DNA of 64,000 nt. It comes from a virus. The notes beneath the pieces were generated by a model. It saw only the letters and a program-made list of their open reading frames with translations, ran no database searches and had not been told where the DNA came from. The position numbers and the translations under genes were made by a program. The DNA is taken from positions 64,001-128,000 of the IMG/VR virus record IMGVR_UViG_3300036770_005682. The stretch is one strand, 5' to 3'. Of this stretch, positions 9,535-19,073 are shown piece by piece; the stretch's first letter is position 1, and each line of letters begins with the position of its first letter.

Positions 9535-9815
9535 TAGATTCCCCTACTCATACAAAATGATTCCCATAGATGTTCAGCACCATGCCAGCCACAGTCGGAA
9601 TGGGCGCAATAACCAAACTCATCTTCGTATTCCCGACATTTTCCTTCATCAGCGAAGAGTTTTGTTATATCTAGCAGTTCTTTAATGTCCGCCCGCAGGC
9701 GTTCAATCTCCTTGACGGTATCGCTAAGCAACTTCGCTTCAGCAAGAACATGAGGATGGATTGCGTATGGGATGCGTTCCTGTAGTCGGGTCACAATGTC
9801 ATCAGTCATTTCCAT
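9534..9815 (-). CDS. Hypothetical protein (DDIVTRL family)
   Basis: Paralogous to 9202..9534. Confidence 0.65.
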   Translation of the reverse strand: MEMTDDIVTRLQERIPYAIHPHVLAEAKLLSDTVKEIERLRADIKELLDITKLFADEGKCREYEDEFGYCAHSDCGWHGAEHLWESFCMSRGI

Positions 9816-9957
9816 AACACTCCAAACTCATGCTTGCCAATAATTATAGTGAAACCACCCCACCTGCTGATACGGATAAAAGGCCTCATCGGCGGGTTCA
9901 TCTTTTGTTGCTTGTGATGGTGTAGTCGCAGACGTGTCACGGCATCATTTTCCATAG

Positions 9958-10037
9958 TGGGCCCGGAGGGACTCGAACCCTCACTCCGTGGAACCAGGAC
10001 CTAAACCTGGCGCGTCTGCCAATTCCGCCACGAACCC
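9958..10037 (-). tRNA. tRNA-Leu(UAG)
   Basis: Cloverleaf with variable arm, loop TTTAGGT. Confidence 0.92.
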
Positions 10038-10258
10038 TAAGTGTCTGCCTTCCACCGTCTGACATTTTTGATGTAGACGACGATGTAAGCGATAGAACCA
10101 AGGATAAAGCCATATGTGCCAGTTTGCAAGGCGAAAACTATCCACAGGCATTCCATGACGATGAGCCACAAGAACGCCTCCCAGCGCTTCTTGCCGACGA
10201 AATACATGCCGGCGACGCCCATGCACGCCAAAAGCCAGGACCACTGTAGTTCGCTCAT
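10037..10258 (-). CDS. Small membrane protein (PnuC-like repeat, tentative)
   Basis: Three hydrophobic segments, GKKRWEAFLW. Confidence 0.6.
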   Translation of the reverse strand: MSELQWSWLLACMGVAGMYFVGKKRWEAFLWLIVMECLWIVFALQTGTYGFILGSIAYIVVYIKNVRRWKADT

Positions 10259-10280
10259 AAGGGAATTAGCTTATACCCAG

Positions 10281-10353
10281 CGCCCTGAGTAGGGGTCGAA
10301 CCTACAACCTACAGATTAGAAGTCTGTTGCTCTATCCATTGAGCTATCAGGGC
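10281..10353 (-). tRNA. tRNA-Arg(UCU)
   Basis: Cloverleaf, loop CTTCTAA. Confidence 0.92.
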
Positions 10354-10498
10354 CTTCCAGGTAGAATAACGCACAAGCACCGGGGGATTTCGGATAAATC
10401 CAGCCGAAGTCCATGAGGTGAAAATTGTGGCGTACGCTCCCACACACACCACCACGGCGAGTGGAAAGTTTACAAGAGCCCCGTTACTCGCAGGACAT

Positions 10499-10541
10499 TT
10501 GATGCCGCCACATATAAATATTTATATTGATGCCGCCACAT
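10499..10541. repeat. 15-bp direct repeat flanking a 16-bp AT palindrome
   Basis: TTGATGCCGCCACAT at 10499 and 10527; ATATAAATATTTATAT at 10512-10527. Confidence 0.85.
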
Positions 10542-10584
10542 GTATTAGCGTTTGAGGCCGGCGTCGCCAGTGTCCCAAACGACA

Positions 10585-10613
10585 TTGACAAACCTGACAC
10601 ACAAGAGTAACGT
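10585..10613 (+). promoter_or_regulatory. SigA-type promoter
   Basis: TTGACA-N17-TAACGT upstream of ORF 10638. Confidence 0.65.
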
Positions 10614-10637
10614 TGCTGATGTAGAAAGGCAGAACCT

Positions 10638-11078
10638 ATGAACAACCTGCTCCCAGAGACCCTTTACCACGCCACTTTCCCAGACGCCGTCGATGCAATC
10701 CTAATGTCAGGCTTAGACGAAAACCAAGAAGGCGTAGTCAACCTAGCGAACAACCCTATCTATGCAGCAGGATTCGTTTCGATACGAGACTTCTCCCGCC
10801 TGGGGGAGATAACTATTGTGGATATCGACGGTATCCCGACTCCCAATATCGACCGCCAGCGCTTCGATGTGGCTCAGGTGTTGGCGATAGATGCGCGACG
10901 CCTTGACCCAGAGAAGCTTGAGATTAACCACGAAGAGGTTCGTGCCTCAGCAATAGGGGCTTTGCCCAGCGACCTAGTCACCTACCGATACAAGGGGCAC
11001 ATCCCTCGTGAGGCGATTCACATAGCTGACATATTCATTCGTAACGACAGCCGCATCCCGCCCCACTTCGCTCCATAG
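10638..11078 (+). CDS. Putative ADP-ribosyltransferase-fold (Tpt1/KptA-like) protein
   Basis: LYHAT...AILMSGL...VNLA...VLAID...YKGHIPREAI pattern. Confidence 0.5.
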   Translation: MNNLLPETLYHATFPDAVDAILMSGLDENQEGVVNLANNPIYAAGFVSIRDFSRLGEITIVDIDGIPTPNIDRQRFDVAQVLAIDARRLDPEKLEINHEEVRASAIGALPSDLVTYRYKGHIPREAIHIADIFIRNDSRIPPHFAP

Positions 11079-11095
11079 TCCACGGGTGACACGGG

Positions 11096-11725
11096 TCACA
11101 TCCACTGACAAGCGAAGCCGCGTTTCATAAGACCATCGCCTATCGCTGCGTAGTAGGTCGCCTCGTCTTCAGGTGGCATCTCGTTCTCCACCTCTCGCAG
11201 TACCCTGCCAAATAAGTTTGGATACATGGCATTCTGACCCCTCACCTTGGTGCTGCCAGGAAAGTACAGCTCCTCGTCCCACTCAACCTTCCTGCCCCAC
11301 ATCTCTTTGTAAGGCTTGGCTATGAAGGTGACCTCGTCGTTTTCAACGTGTGTGATAGTCAGACAAGTGCTCACGGGTGACTCTGGCGCAAGATAGGCGA
11401 CATGTAGCTCCTGTCCTGCTGTTGCTTCAGGATTGGTACTGACCCACCCTTCTGCCACCATCGTGAACGCATCTATGTGCCATGCCTTCTTGACTATGCA
11501 CACAGCATCACTGACACGCTTGAACCGCTCAGTGTGGTCTCTCACCTCAGGCGTCAACGCCATAGATAGGACTAACTCTAAAGCGTGGTCTTTCCAGCAA
11601 AAGATTGACATAGGCAGGTCTTCTCCTATGCCAAATTCCTTGACACACTGCTCCTTTGCATTGACAGCACTGAGCATAGATATAGCAATCTTGTCAAGAC
11701 GATGTGTATAGCGAACGTTTCCCAC
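11096..11725 (-). CDS. Hypothetical protein
   Basis: 209-aa ORF. Confidence 0.7.
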   Translation of the reverse strand: MGNVRYTHRLDKIAISMLSAVNAKEQCVKEFGIGEDLPMSIFCWKDHALELVLSMALTPEVRDHTERFKRVSDAVCIVKKAWHIDAFTMVAEGWVSTNPEATAGQELHVAYLAPESPVSTCLTITHVENDEVTFIAKPYKEMWGRKVEWDEELYFPGSTKVRGQNAMYPNLFGRVLREVENEMPPEDEATYYAAIGDGLMKRGFACQWM

Positions 11726-11783
11726 ATCTGAATACTAGCCCTACTTCCGCCACGGGTGACATCGGACGACTAATGTATGGCAC

Positions 11784-12122
11784 ATGGCTCAGAAGAAAAC
11801 CAATAAGACAAAGAAGACTGCAGAGAAGAAGGCTCCGGCAAAGAAGAAGCCAGCCAAGAAAGCTGTAGCTAAGAAGACAGCAGCTAAGAAGACTCCTGCG
11901 AAGAAGGCTGCGCCTAAGAAGGCAGCACCCAAGAAGGCGGTACCAAAGGCTGTCGCAACAAGTTCCCAGACAAGCACAAGCACAGTCGACGCTGATGTGA
12001 TTTGGACAATCTTCAATTCAGAGACCACTGTCGACGCCACAGTAAACGGCGAAGTCATCTATGCAAATGACGTCAAGCCTGCTTCAGTAAAGAAGCGTTT
12101 CCTCGCCTGGTTCAAGCGCTAA
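11784..12122 (+). CDS. Histone H1-like Lys/Ala/Pro-rich DNA-binding protein
   Basis: PAKK/KKAA repeats as in the actinobacterial HupB tail. Confidence 0.7.
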   Translation: MAQKKTNKTKKTAEKKAPAKKKPAKKAVAKKTAAKKTPAKKAAPKKAAPKKAVPKAVATSSQTSTSTVDADVIWTIFNSETTVDATVNGEVIYANDVKPASVKKRFLAWFKR

Positions 12123-12155
12123 AGGCTCACGGGTGACCCCGTGTAAAATATTCAA

Positions 12156-12470
12156 GTGAGCGATTCATTCAGAAGTCAAGACACTGTATTCGGCATACCC
12201 ATACTTAGAGCAGGTAGAGCAGAGTGTCCAGTCTGTCAGCATCCCACTGGCGACTGTTCGGAACATGAAGGTATAGAGCCAGCTGGATTGAATCACATCG
12301 CATTCACTGACAGCACTATCGAAACAATGAAAGACATACAAACAGTTCTTGTCGAAGAAAATATCTATGAAGACAGACAGATAACTCCCTTTACAAAAGT
12401 TCGCGTGATTGTTCATCACAAAGGAAGTTATGTGACAGTAGACAAAGCGAAAGAGTTAGGAATTATCTAG
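12156..12470 (+). CDS. Hypothetical protein
   Basis: CPVCQHPTGDC; TAAAAT -10 six nt before GTG (leaderless). Confidence 0.65.
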   Translation: MSDSFRSQDTVFGIPILRAGRAECPVCQHPTGDCSEHEGIEPAGLNHIAFTDSTIETMKDIQTVLVEENIYEDRQITPFTKVRVIVHHKGSYVTVDKAKELGII

Positions 12471-12536
12471 ACTGACTTGCCTACGGGTGCTGCTGTACAA
12501 TAGAGTTTCCTATCGTAAGGGACCTATACAGAAAGC

Positions 12537-14468
12537 ATGGTTATGTCGGTATTCACCTCAGAATTCCTCTCTTCATACGCATCAAAACAGACCCCTTGGG
12601 GGTTTGGCGGCCTAGGGGAGGTCGTATATCTGAGGACGTATAGCCGCCCTATTGATGGACTTAATCGTAATGAGACTTGGCCTGAAACCATCGTACGGGC
12701 TATTGACGGCGCTATTGAGATTGGTGCGCCACTCAAACAAGAGCAAGCAGAAAAACTCTTCGACCACATGTTCAATCTCCGTTGCTCTCTATCAGGGCGC
12801 GCACTGTGGCAGCTTGGTACACCTCTGGTGCAAAAGTTCTCTGGCACTTCACTGAACAACTGCTACTTCACAAACATCGAGAAGATTGAGGACTTCGAAC
12901 TGCTGTTTGACTATCTCATGCTTGGTGGCGGCGTTGGCTTCTCAGTAGAGCGCAGCAAGATTCACGAACTGCCAAAAGTAAAAGCAGGCGTCAACATCAC
13001 ACATGAACGTACCAATGACGCAGACATCATCGTGCCAGACAGTCGCACAGGATGGCGTCGCCTTTTGCACAGCGTCTTGAAGTCGTTTTTTGACACGGGT
13101 AAGTCTTTCTCGTACTCCACAATTCTGGTTCGCGAATTTGGAGCACCACTCAAGACATTTGGTGGAACAGCAAGCGGACCTGGCGCGCTCATCGAAGGCA
13201 TTGACGACATCTGCAAGGTGATGAAGAATCGCGAAGGAAAGAAGCTTCGCTCCATCGATGTTCTCGACATCTGCAACATCATAGGAAAGATTGTCGTATC
13301 AGGTTCATCGCGTCGCTCTGCACAGATTGCTATTGGCGACCCCGATGATGTTCTCTTCCTCCGTGCAAAGAATTGGTCCACGGGTAATGTTCCGGCGTAT
13401 CGTGCGAACTCCAACAACAGCATCTACGCAGACCACTTCGATGAGATTCTGCCAGAACTATGGAAAGGCTATGACGGTTCAGGCGAGCCCTATGGTTTGG
13501 TCAATCGTCGTCTCGCACGTACACATGGACGTCTTGGAGAGCGCAAGCTGGACAACACCATCGAAGGCTTCAACCCATGTGCCGAGATTGGTCTCGGAGA
13601 TGGCGAGTCGTGCAACTTGTCAACGCTGTTCTTGCCGAATATCGAATCGTTTGAGCAACTGTGCGAAATCTCCGAACTTCTCTACATCGTTCAAAAGAGC
13701 ATCACTCGCCTGAACTACCCATATGACAAGACGACAGACATCGTCCGCAAGAATGCTCGTCTTGGCCAGAGCATCACGGGTGTTCTTCAGTGTTCGCCAG
13801 AAAAGATTTCATGGCTGTCACCTGCTTACGAAAAGCTCGAAGCAATGGACAAGGAATACTCAAAGAAGCACGGGTTGCCAACATCAGTGCGTCTGACGAC
13901 AGTCCAGCCATCCGGAACGCTGTCCCTTCTTCCTGGTGTGACCCCAGGCATCCACCCTGCGTACGCTAAGTACTACATCCGTCGTGTTCGCTTTGGTGCC
14001 GCTGACCCACTTGTCGCAGCATGTCGTGCTCGCGGGCACAAGGTCCAATGGGATATCGGTCTCGACGGCCGTGAAGACCATACTCGCTATGTTGTGGAGT
14101 TCCCATGCATGTCGCCTGAGGGCTCTGTGCTCGCCGCCGAGATGACGGCAATAGAGCAACTTGAGTGGGTGAAGAAGATGCAGACGGAGTGGGCTGACAA
14201 CGCCGTATCTGTGACCGTTTATTACCGCAAAGAAGAGCTTGCGGGAATCAAGGAATGGCTCGAAAAGAACTACGACAGCAGCGTCAAGAGTGTGTCGTTC
14301 CTTCTCCACACAGACCATAACTTCCCACTGCCGCCATACGAAGAAATTGACGAGCAGACGTACAGCAAGTTGGTCAACAAGCTAGATATGACAGTACCGC
14401 TCCAATTGACTACGGGTGGCCTGTTGGAGTTGGACGATTGCTCTACGGGAGCTTGTCCGGTTCGCTAG
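12537..14468 (+). CDS. nrdJ: Class II (B12-dependent) ribonucleoside-triphosphate reductase
   Basis: YLRTYSR, SGRALW, NNC, GGGVG, RRSAQI, NPCAE, QPSGTLSLL, C-terminal CSTGACPVR. Confidence 0.93.
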   Translation: MVMSVFTSEFLSSYASKQTPWGFGGLGEVVYLRTYSRPIDGLNRNETWPETIVRAIDGAIEIGAPLKQEQAEKLFDHMFNLRCSLSGRALWQLGTPLVQKFSGTSLNNCYFTNIEKIEDFELLFDYLMLGGGVGFSVERSKIHELPKVKAGVNITHERTNDADIIVPDSRTGWRRLLHSVLKSFFDTGKSFSYSTILVREFGAPLKTFGGTASGPGALIEGIDDICKVMKNREGKKLRSIDVLDICNIIGKIVVSGSSRRSAQIAIGDPDDVLFLRAKNWSTGNVPAYRANSNNSIYADHFDEILPELWKGYDGSGEPYGLVNRRLARTHGRLGERKLDNTIEGFNPCAEIGLGDGESCNLSTLFLPNIESFEQLCEISELLYIVQKSITRLNYPYDKTTDIVRKNARLGQSITGVLQCSPEKISWLSPAYEKLEAMDKEYSKKHGLPTSVRLTTVQPSGTLSLLPGVTPGIHPAYAKYYIRRVRFGAADPLVAACRARGHKVQWDIGLDGREDHTRYVVEFPCMSPEGSVLAAEMTAIEQLEWVKKMQTEWADNAVSVTVYYRKEELAGIKEWLEKNYDSSVKSVSFLLHTDHNFPLPPYEEIDEQTYSKLVNKLDMTVPLQLTTGGLLELDDCSTGACPVR

Positions 14469-14775
14469 GCCGATTACGAGCATAAAGGTGCTCGGGATAG
14501 TATTCCATGACTATCTCGGGCACCTTTCTGCATATTCCGCACGTTCCGCGTCTATAGAGTGCCTCTGGGTAGTGGCATGGCCAATCCCTGCAACAGCGAA
14601 GAATGATTAACCCGTCAGACGGAGGCATTGGGCTTATTTTTCCGCTTCTTTATTTTGTAGCCATTCAGGCGCAGCACCGTCTCGATGTGCTCAGGTATTC
14701 CATCAGTAATGGGGATGCCCTTGTGATTTAGTGCTTTGCGGATTATGTCTTGTTTCTTGCTCATGTTTTATCCAG

Positions 14776-14848
14776 TCGGTCTGGTGGGACTCGAACCCAC
14801 AACTCTCGGGTTAAAAGCCCGTTACTCTGCCAATTGAGTTACAGACCG
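14776..14848 (-). tRNA. tRNA-Lys(UUU)
   Basis: Cloverleaf, loop CTTTTAA. Confidence 0.9.
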
Positions 14849-14854
14849 GAGTCA

Positions 14855-15172
14855 TTAACCCAAATAAGCTTTTATTTTCTCTACGAACTTGTCTTTAGGG
14901 TATGCGCCAACAACCTGTTTGTCAACACGCCCATCAACAAATACGAGAACCGTAGGAATACTCATGACGCTGTAGCGCTGAGCAATATTGGGGTAGTCGT
15001 CAACATTAAGCATGCCCACGGAAATATGCTGAGCATGCTCACGGGCTACTTCCTCAATAATAGGGCTAAAGAATGAACATGGGCCACACCAGGATGCCCA
15101 TACGTCTACCAGCACGGGCTTATCAGAAGACCTGATAAAGGAATCAAAATTCTTGTCTGTTAGCTCATTCAT
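14855..15172 (-). CDS. trxA: Thioredoxin
   Basis: WASWCGPC active site; SIPT cis-Pro loop. Confidence 0.95.
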   Translation of the reverse strand: MNELTDKNFDSFIRSSDKPVLVDVWASWCGPCSFFSPIIEEVAREHAQHISVGMLNVDDYPNIAQRYSVMSIPTVLVFVDGRVDKQVVGAYPKDKFVEKIKAYLG

Positions 15173-15461
15173 TGTTTATATCCGCCATCAAAACTTCTCT
15201 CATAACCCGAATCTGCTTGATTTTGGCGAGTTTCTCATTATACAGTCTAACTACTTCGGAACAGACCAAATCATTTATTTCGTCGTAATGAAAAGGGTCG
15301 AGTTTTGTTCCTCGAATGGCGTTTGCAATGTCTGGGTGCTCCAGGTGCATGATATTGAAGAACGCCTGCCCTAGTCGCTCCATTTGACGCTGAGCTCGAT
15401 ATCCAGCAGCGGGCAGCAGAAATGCCAAGTACTCCTCACCTGTGGAAAACCGAGGTTCCAT
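15165..15461 (-). CDS. Hypothetical phage protein
   Basis: RLGQAFFN...IRGTKLDPFH. Confidence 0.65.
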   Translation of the reverse strand: MEPRFSTGEEYLAFLLPAAGYRAQRQMERLGQAFFNIMHLEHPDIANAIRGTKLDPFHYDEINDLVCSEVVRLYNEKLAKIKQIRVMREVLMADINNE

Positions 15462-15469
15462 ACGTCTAT

Positions 15470-15796
15470 TTAACCACTCAATCTCTTATTGCACGACAAA
15501 CAGAATGTTGCCCACGGGTAATTCTTGCGGGATTCAACTGGGTGTTGACAGTCTCCAGCCTTAACGCATGCGTCATTGACTGCAAGACGTATGAACTCAG
15601 CCATGGACATCCCAGACTTCTCTGCTGACGATTTCCATATCTCGTGGTCAGCATCGGTTACCCGGACAATTACCTGCTTCTGGGCTGGTTCGCCAGGAGC
15701 TGAACCAGTATTCTTCTTGCGGGTTGGGGTTATCCCCTCAGCAACCTTGGCCATCGCGGCATCGAGGTTGTCAATCTGCTCGTCTTTACTGGTCAT
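15470..15796 (-). CDS. Ribbon-helix-helix DNA-binding protein
   Basis: KQVIVRVTDADHEIWKSSAEKSGMSMAEFIR. Confidence 0.65.
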   Translation of the reverse strand: MTSKDEQIDNLDAAMAKVAEGITPTRKKNTGSAPGEPAQKQVIVRVTDADHEIWKSSAEKSGMSMAEFIRLAVNDACVKAGDCQHPVESRKNYPWATFCLSCNKRLSG

Positions 15797-16427
15797 CTTC
15801 CATGTCCTCCACAACCTCGGCGTCAACTATGTCTTCATCTGGAATAGTAATCGTCTCCAGCTGTCTACCCTTGTTAAGTATTGAATCAATGTAGTCAGCT
15901 GGCATGACACCTGACTTACCCATCAATTCAAGCAACTTGCGTGCTTCTGCCTCTGGGCTGAATTCGTCGATGGCAGCCTTGGGCGTAGCACCAGCCAAGA
16001 CAGCACGGGCTGGAATCCGTTGCCCGATATCCACATTCACGTTCACATTCTGTTGGTCCATGCCCAGGAGCTTTGCTCTTCTATCCATAATCGACAGCAC
16101 TGACGTAATGGCCTTCAGGTCGGGCTCAATCTGGACTTCACTGCCGTCCGGCTGAGTCATCTTGCGATGCTGTGTCATGGGCCAGATGGCCTGCTGGAGG
16201 GCATCAAGGCGCTCAAGCTCCATACGGAGGACTTCTGGGTATGCCAGCAACGCCTCTTGGTTAAGTTTCTCTAACTGCCTTGAAATAGCATTAGTGACAG
16301 CTTTTGTCGTGATGTTGAATCGCCGTGCAATCTCGTTATGCGGCACGCCAGCTTGGCGCATCTTGAATATTCTCAAGTCGCGCTCGGCAAGGAACTCGCG
16401 TGTCAAGCCATTGGATTTTTCCGCCAT
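15786..16427 (-). CDS. HTH protein, terminase small subunit-like
   Basis: MRQAGVPHNEIARRF HTH; MELERLDALQQAIW...MDRRAKLLGMD. Confidence 0.6.
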   Translation of the reverse strand: MAEKSNGLTREFLAERDLRIFKMRQAGVPHNEIARRFNITTKAVTNAISRQLEKLNQEALLAYPEVLRMELERLDALQQAIWPMTQHRKMTQPDGSEVQIEPDLKAITSVLSIMDRRAKLLGMDQQNVNVNVDIGQRIPARAVLAGATPKAAIDEFSPEAEARKLLELMGKSGVMPADYIDSILNKGRQLETITIPDEDIVDAEVVEDMEDDQ

Positions 16428-16435
16428 ACTATTTC

Positions 16436-18229
16436 CTAAGAGTGTTTAGTAAATTCTAGTACGACGAATGGCCAATCTGTGCCACGGGCGAGCTGCTTGG
16501 GCCAGTCGCGCTGGTCACGGGCTCCACGGAAGTGCCCCACGTTGTACACGTATCCGCTGGGGTTTGTCGGGTCTGGGGTGAGTGCGAGACCAAACTCGGG
16601 CCAGCGAGACCATACAGAAGACCCAAACGGACGCAGGTCACGAGACGACATGGAGGTTCCCAGGGGGGCGTGGTGTTCAAGCCACAAAGCGCACCCATAC
16701 ACATCACGAATCATGTCAAGGTACTTTGCTACCTCAACGGCGAGAGCCTCGCTTGTACGGGTGCCATTGTCAACAAAGGACTTGTACATAGGGCCCATGC
16801 AGATGAGTTGAGGCTGGATTTGCTCAATGTATTGCTCAATGAGAATACGGTCGCGAGCACTCGTAAGGTCCAACCCATCTGGTTTCACGACCAAGTGCGC
16901 ATCTACATGCTTTGCACCAGAGTGACGTATCGCCTGTTGCATGATGCTGCGTGAGGTACGACGAATAATGCGCTCTGGGTTTTCCAGGTCAATTGTCAGC
17001 GTTCTGACGGGTGGGATTTTTTGGAAGGTAAATGGGTGTACCCCAGCCGCTGCACAGAGTGCGACTTGGCGGGCCAGCATTGTCTTGCCGACGCCCTCCG
17101 CAGCAACGACCATAACGCGCTCGCTGCGTTCCAAAATTCCAGGAATAACCCATTCATATGATTCATCATCTGCCTCCTCTAGGAACTCCTGCCACACGAC
17201 AAGGCGGCCAGGGTTGGGATTAATGTGTTGGGTGTCAGCGCTGTTCAGCAACAGCACCGAGCGATTTATTTTCTGCTGAAGAGTGAGCTTGTCTTTGTCA
17301 AATACATCAATGATTTGAGCCAGCAATGAATCCTCTGGCTTGTCTGTCTCTTCGATTTGCTCTAACTCCGGCAGCGACGATGCGCGCTCATAAAACTCGA
17401 GCTCTACTAAATCCTCAATGTTCTTGCCAGCCGTTATGTGGTCAGTAATGTCCTTACCTACGGGTGACATCCATATGTTGCACCCACGGGCTCCCGCTGC
17501 CTTCAATAGTGCTGCCACAGCAAGAGCGTGCTGCTTTCCTACTTCATCATTGTCGGCCACTATCTCCACATGGGCTCGTGACAAGATTTCCGTATAGGAC
17601 TGGTCCCACTTGCCAGCACCGCTGTCCATAGTCGTTGCACAGATACCCAGACCAACGAGGGTTTCTACGTCTTTCTCACCCTCAACGAGCCATACGGGCT
17701 CCCCTGCTTCAATAGCCTTGATAACGCTGGGCAAACGATAGAGAACACGACGAACCGGCGGGTCCTTGAGATTCCAAATGAATTCACCAGGGCGATTTGG
17801 GTCTGGCTGTCGGTTAGCGAACGACTTACCGCCATCATCCAGGCGGAAGCGAACCTTCTCATAAAGCAGAACTCCATCTTCGTCATAGTAGGGATATGTG
17901 GTCTCTACTTTCTTTCCGACGTTGCGCTTAGCAGATGGGCTACGAGTATCTGTTTCAAACTTTGGTGCAGGCACCCACTCGTCATCGTCATCAGCGAATA
18001 GTTCACGCGGCTCCATCCCTATCGACTTACATATCTCATCGAGCGAACATGAATTTCCACGATGACAGTGCAGCAGCGCAGTGCCCTCTTCGTTCTGCGA
18101 GATTGCTAGCGATGGATTTGAGTCATCATTACGACAAGGACAGCGTGCCATCCACTGATTGCGTCCTGTTTGTCGCACGCCATCAAGGAGGCCAAGGACT
18201 GTGTCTACTGGTTTAGAGATGTTGTTCAT
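16436..18229 (-). CDS. Primase-helicase (Zn finger, TOPRIM, RecA-like AAA_25)
   Basis: CPCRNDDSNPS...HCHRG..C; VEGEKD; ADND; AAEGVGKT Walker A. Confidence 0.88.
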   Translation of the reverse strand: MNNISKPVDTVLGLLDGVRQTGRNQWMARCPCRNDDSNPSLAISQNEEGTALLHCHRGNSCSLDEICKSIGMEPRELFADDDDEWVPAPKFETDTRSPSAKRNVGKKVETTYPYYDEDGVLLYEKVRFRLDDGGKSFANRQPDPNRPGEFIWNLKDPPVRRVLYRLPSVIKAIEAGEPVWLVEGEKDVETLVGLGICATTMDSGAGKWDQSYTEILSRAHVEIVADNDEVGKQHALAVAALLKAAGARGCNIWMSPVGKDITDHITAGKNIEDLVELEFYERASSLPELEQIEETDKPEDSLLAQIIDVFDKDKLTLQQKINRSVLLLNSADTQHINPNPGRLVVWQEFLEEADDESYEWVIPGILERSERVMVVAAEGVGKTMLARQVALCAAAGVHPFTFQKIPPVRTLTIDLENPERIIRRTSRSIMQQAIRHSGAKHVDAHLVVKPDGLDLTSARDRILIEQYIEQIQPQLICMGPMYKSFVDNGTRTSEALAVEVAKYLDMIRDVYGCALWLEHHAPLGTSMSSRDLRPFGSSVWSRWPEFGLALTPDPTNPSGYVYNVGHFRGARDQRDWPKQLARGTDWPFVVLEFTKHS

Positions 18230-18543
18230 AGGTTTTCAGTAATAGGAATCTTTGTAAATAGTTTGAGCGTGCCGTCTTTCTTGCGTTGACGGATTACCTT
18301 CTCTCGTTCTTCTAGGCTAAGCCCTCCCCAGATGCCGTGCATTTCCTGTGCTGATATTGCGTATTCAAGACATTCTGACTTGACATGGCACTCACGACAT
18401 ATTTCCTTAGCAACTAGAAAGTCTCGTGCTCGTTCCCCTTTTGCATGCCTCTCTGGAAACCACCAGTCAGTTGGATAACCGATGCATGCACCATCCTGAG
18501 GTGGATGCACTTCGTATGGTAGTACCCAGCGTATTGCTGACAT
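18226..18543 (-). CDS. whiB: WhiB family transcription factor
   Basis: AC...AKEICRECHVKSECLEYA...GIWGG. Confidence 0.92.
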   Translation of the reverse strand: MSAIRWVLPYEVHPPQDGACIGYPTDWWFPERHAKGERARDFLVAKEICRECHVKSECLEYAISAQEMHGIWGGLSLEEREKVIRQRKKDGTLKLFTKIPITENL

Positions 18544-18601
18544 TTAGCCTCCCTGCGTGACAGCAAGTGAGACTAGTTCGTCAAGAACAAAAACGCAACG
18601 G

Positions 18602-19069
18602 CTAATCGAACAAATCTGCTACGCGGCGAATTGCAGAGGCGACACGCTCGCGAGCTGTGCGCCGAATGCCTAAGTGGTTTTCGACAAACTCTTGCGCATG
18701 ACGATTTGACACTGAAGTTATCTCGTACACCATGTTGCGATATGAATCGGAATTAATGAAATGCTCCCACAAGAATGGGTCAAAGCCATCAAACATGTGG
18801 AACGTCATTGACTCAAGACCAGCTTTGTCAGCAATTATCTCAAGACGCCAATCAGTGTTCTTTTCGATAGCTATGAGCAATTCCGTCATAGCTGTTGCAC
18901 CATCATTATTGAATGCTGCCTTGACAAAAGCATTTATTTGACGCTGCCGGTGCAATGTCCATGCATCGTCAATCTCTTCTAGCTCCTCATCCGTCATGGA
19001 TTCGGTGCTCACCTCGATGTCGTCGTCGTCTTCCCAGTCGAACATGTCATCGGCGAAAAAATCTCCCAT
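18602..19069 (-). CDS. Acidic hypothetical protein
   Basis: 155-aa ORF following DUF932. Confidence 0.65.
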   Translation of the reverse strand: MGDFFADDMFDWEDDDDIEVSTESMTDEELEEIDDAWTLHRQRQINAFVKAAFNNDGATAMTELLIAIEKNTDWRLEIIADKAGLESMTFHMFDGFDPFLWEHFINSDSYRNMVYEITSVSNRHAQEFVENHLGIRRTARERVASAIRRVADLFD

Positions 19070-19073
19070 GTGT

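Larger units (their letters stand above)
11081..12137 (+). repeat. Dispersed CACGGGTGAC motif
   Basis: Exact copies at 11081, 11372, 11751 and 12128; variants at 11090, 12482 and 17459. Confidence 0.7.

Noticed and set aside
12537-14468. Intein or intron in nrdJ
   Set aside because: The ORF is continuous and of normal size for a monomeric class II enzyme; no intein splice motifs seen.
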